A DNA stretch of 64,000 bases from Callorhinchus milii. Taxonomy: Eukaryota. The notes under the pieces are model-generated. The model had not been told where the DNA came from. It saw only the letters and a list, made by a program, of their open reading frames with translations, and did no database searches. Within the stretch, counting starts at the first letter, position 1. Each line of letters opens with the position of its first letter. The translations under genes were made by a program, and so were the position numbers. Below are positions 62,312-64,000 of the stretch, in pieces. The stretch covers positions 41,728,001 to 41,792,000 of the forward strand of contig NW_024704743.1 in assembly GCF_018977255.1 (NCBI RefSeq), given 5' to 3'.

Positions 62312-62468
62312 AAAATTGTAGAAAATCAGTACATCAGGTCTATCAGTACTTAAAAGAGAAAGATAGGTTAATGTTTGGGCATGATCCTTCATCGAACTGA
62401 AACTGACCCAATACCTTAACCCTATTTTCTTTTAGAGGCTTGGACCTGCTGTAAATATCCAGCATTTT
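62312..62468. mobile_element. Palindromic element built from inverted PLE-like terminal repeats
   Basis: Left arm resembles 52811-52906; right arm is its reverse (caggtc/gacctg, taggttaa/ttaaccct, aaaattg/catttt). Confidence 0.55.
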
Positions 62469-62767
62469 GGAGGGATTCCTTTCATATTTTTAGCACTAGT
62501 TTTTTTTTCTTTTTATTACTGCCATATATCTCGTAAATGTAAATTACATTTCTCTGAATTGCTCTTGTTAGCGATGACTCCCATTTGCATAGTTTTTGCA
62601 GATTTGCCAAAATACAATTTTTCACAAGTTCACAAACCTTTTCCCACAAATGTTAGTTGCAGATTACTGTGGTTTCTTCAAGTGCAATTTATAAACTGTG
62701 AAACTGCAAAAATGGTCCATAGGCAAAATGATGGAATTGAATTCTGCTTTGAAACATAATAAAAATA

Positions 62768-62880
62768 GTAATATTAATCTTTGCATTTGATATAGCACCT
62801 TATTATGTCATTGAGATGTCTCAAATCACTTCACAGAATATATTGTAAAATGGATTGACTGTGTATTTTGTAGGTGAATC
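62768..62880 (-). mobile_element. SINE 3' fragment
   Basis: atctttgcatttgatatagcacc...cacttcacagaatatattgtaaaatggattgactgtg. Confidence 0.8.
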
Positions 62881-63290
62881 GGATAAATGGAGTTAGTTGT
62901 GTCCGGGTAAATTAGTAATATTAGGTTAATCACCAAACACTGCTGATCTGTAAATTACTTCTGTGAGGAGAAAACAACAGGAGAATCTAATTGTTATTTA
63001 CCAGCAAACAGTATAATGCATTACACTGCTATTATTTTTCAATATCTTTCAAATTGGCTCTTCATACCCTTAATGGCCACATCAAAGTAAACTGAGCAGC
63101 ACTATCATTGAGAATGTGCTGAATCCCAGGGTAACTTTCCAAGATCATATCGACTCCCAAGGTTCAAAGCACATGTAGCTCAGGACATCTGTCACAAGCT
63201 CTAAGAGGATCTTAAGTTCAGCATTGCCAGCAAAGTCATATTCTGCCAATACATAGAAAGATACCACTTCAGATGCTTGTTCAAAGACTA

Positions 63291-63375
63291 ACAGACCCTT
63301 GGGATGTCCCAGCAACTTGGGACGTCCTCCCAATGTGAAAGGCCCTATACAAATGTAATTTTGTATTGTATTGTA
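63291..63375 (+). mobile_element. L2 3'-terminal fragment with (GTATT)n end and a partial local duplication
   Basis: cttgggatgtcc-cagcaa-cttgggacgtcctcccaatgtgaaaggccctatacaaatgtaattttgtattgtattgt. Confidence 0.78.
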
Positions 63376-63816
63376 ACAGGGGACTTGTTTGGCATCATCC
63401 AGACATTCACTGCTTCTTGGTTTCCCTTTGTTCTTATAAGGTAATGATATCTTAATATCTTGATTTCCTAAGTAAGAGCAGCAGTGGCTCAAGGATGCCT
63501 TGCCTACATGCTCACCTGCATGGCATGGCAACCTTTGCTTTGAAAGATGGCCTAATGATATGAAATTACACTTATAACCTCACTTTGTGCATGATGGTGC
63601 AGGGACTCTCAGCTCCTTAGATCTTCTCAAGCAGATGGTCTTCTTTCAAATCACCTGTGTTCTTTGGCATATTACTTTTTTCTTCCACTACCGTTAATAT
63701 TGCTTATTAAAATCCTTACTACATTACCACAAGGTTAACATTTTAGCTAATCACTAAAAAATTCCATACTATTCTCTCTGGGAACGTCTCAGATGGCTAC
63801 ACAGTAAGGTCATCTT

Positions 63817-64000
63817 AATAATAATAATAATAATCCTTACATTTGATGCAGCACGTGATCACGTCTTCGAGACGTCTCAAAGTGCTTCATAGAGTATAAT
63901 GTAAAGTAAATTGACTGTATTATTTGTGAGCGAAATGCGACAGCTAATTAGGCACAACAGTGTCCCATAAAACAGTCGTGGATTGAGTGACCAAATTATT
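63817..64000 (-). mobile_element. SINE (family B-like), runs off the window end
   Basis: (AAT)n, reverse tail and body aacagtcgtggattgagtgaccaaattatt. Confidence 0.85.

Overview
AT-rich, CpG-depleted vertebrate genomic DNA with no recognisable host protein-coding gene, most likely intronic or intergenic. The repeat content points to a cartilaginous fish, possibly a chimaera (inference from repeat types only). It includes abundant 5'-truncated L2 LINEs, CR1 3' ends, and two tRNA-headed SINE families that share an L2-type 3' tail (a long SacSINE1/AmnSINE1-like 'A' and a shorter 'B'). It also includes an older SINE-like family 'C' and Penelope-like terminal repeats. A, B and C are my working labels. 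Every ORF with a recognisable protein sequence is a retroelement ORF2 fragment. The most interesting observations are: a minimal hammerhead-ribozyme motif in a Penelope-like terminus (52874-52910, minus); a perfect 36-bp inverted repeat with a template-switch signature (1025-1121); a probable solo LTR that splits an old SINE (24032-24678); a SINE interrupted by both an L2 and an unidentified 134-bp module that recurs inverted 4.7 kb away; a pogo/Tigger-like MITE with L2 nested inside; and a few candidate regulatory motifs and exons. I found no convincing novel multi-gene system. All alignments were done by eye and repeat boundaries are approximate.
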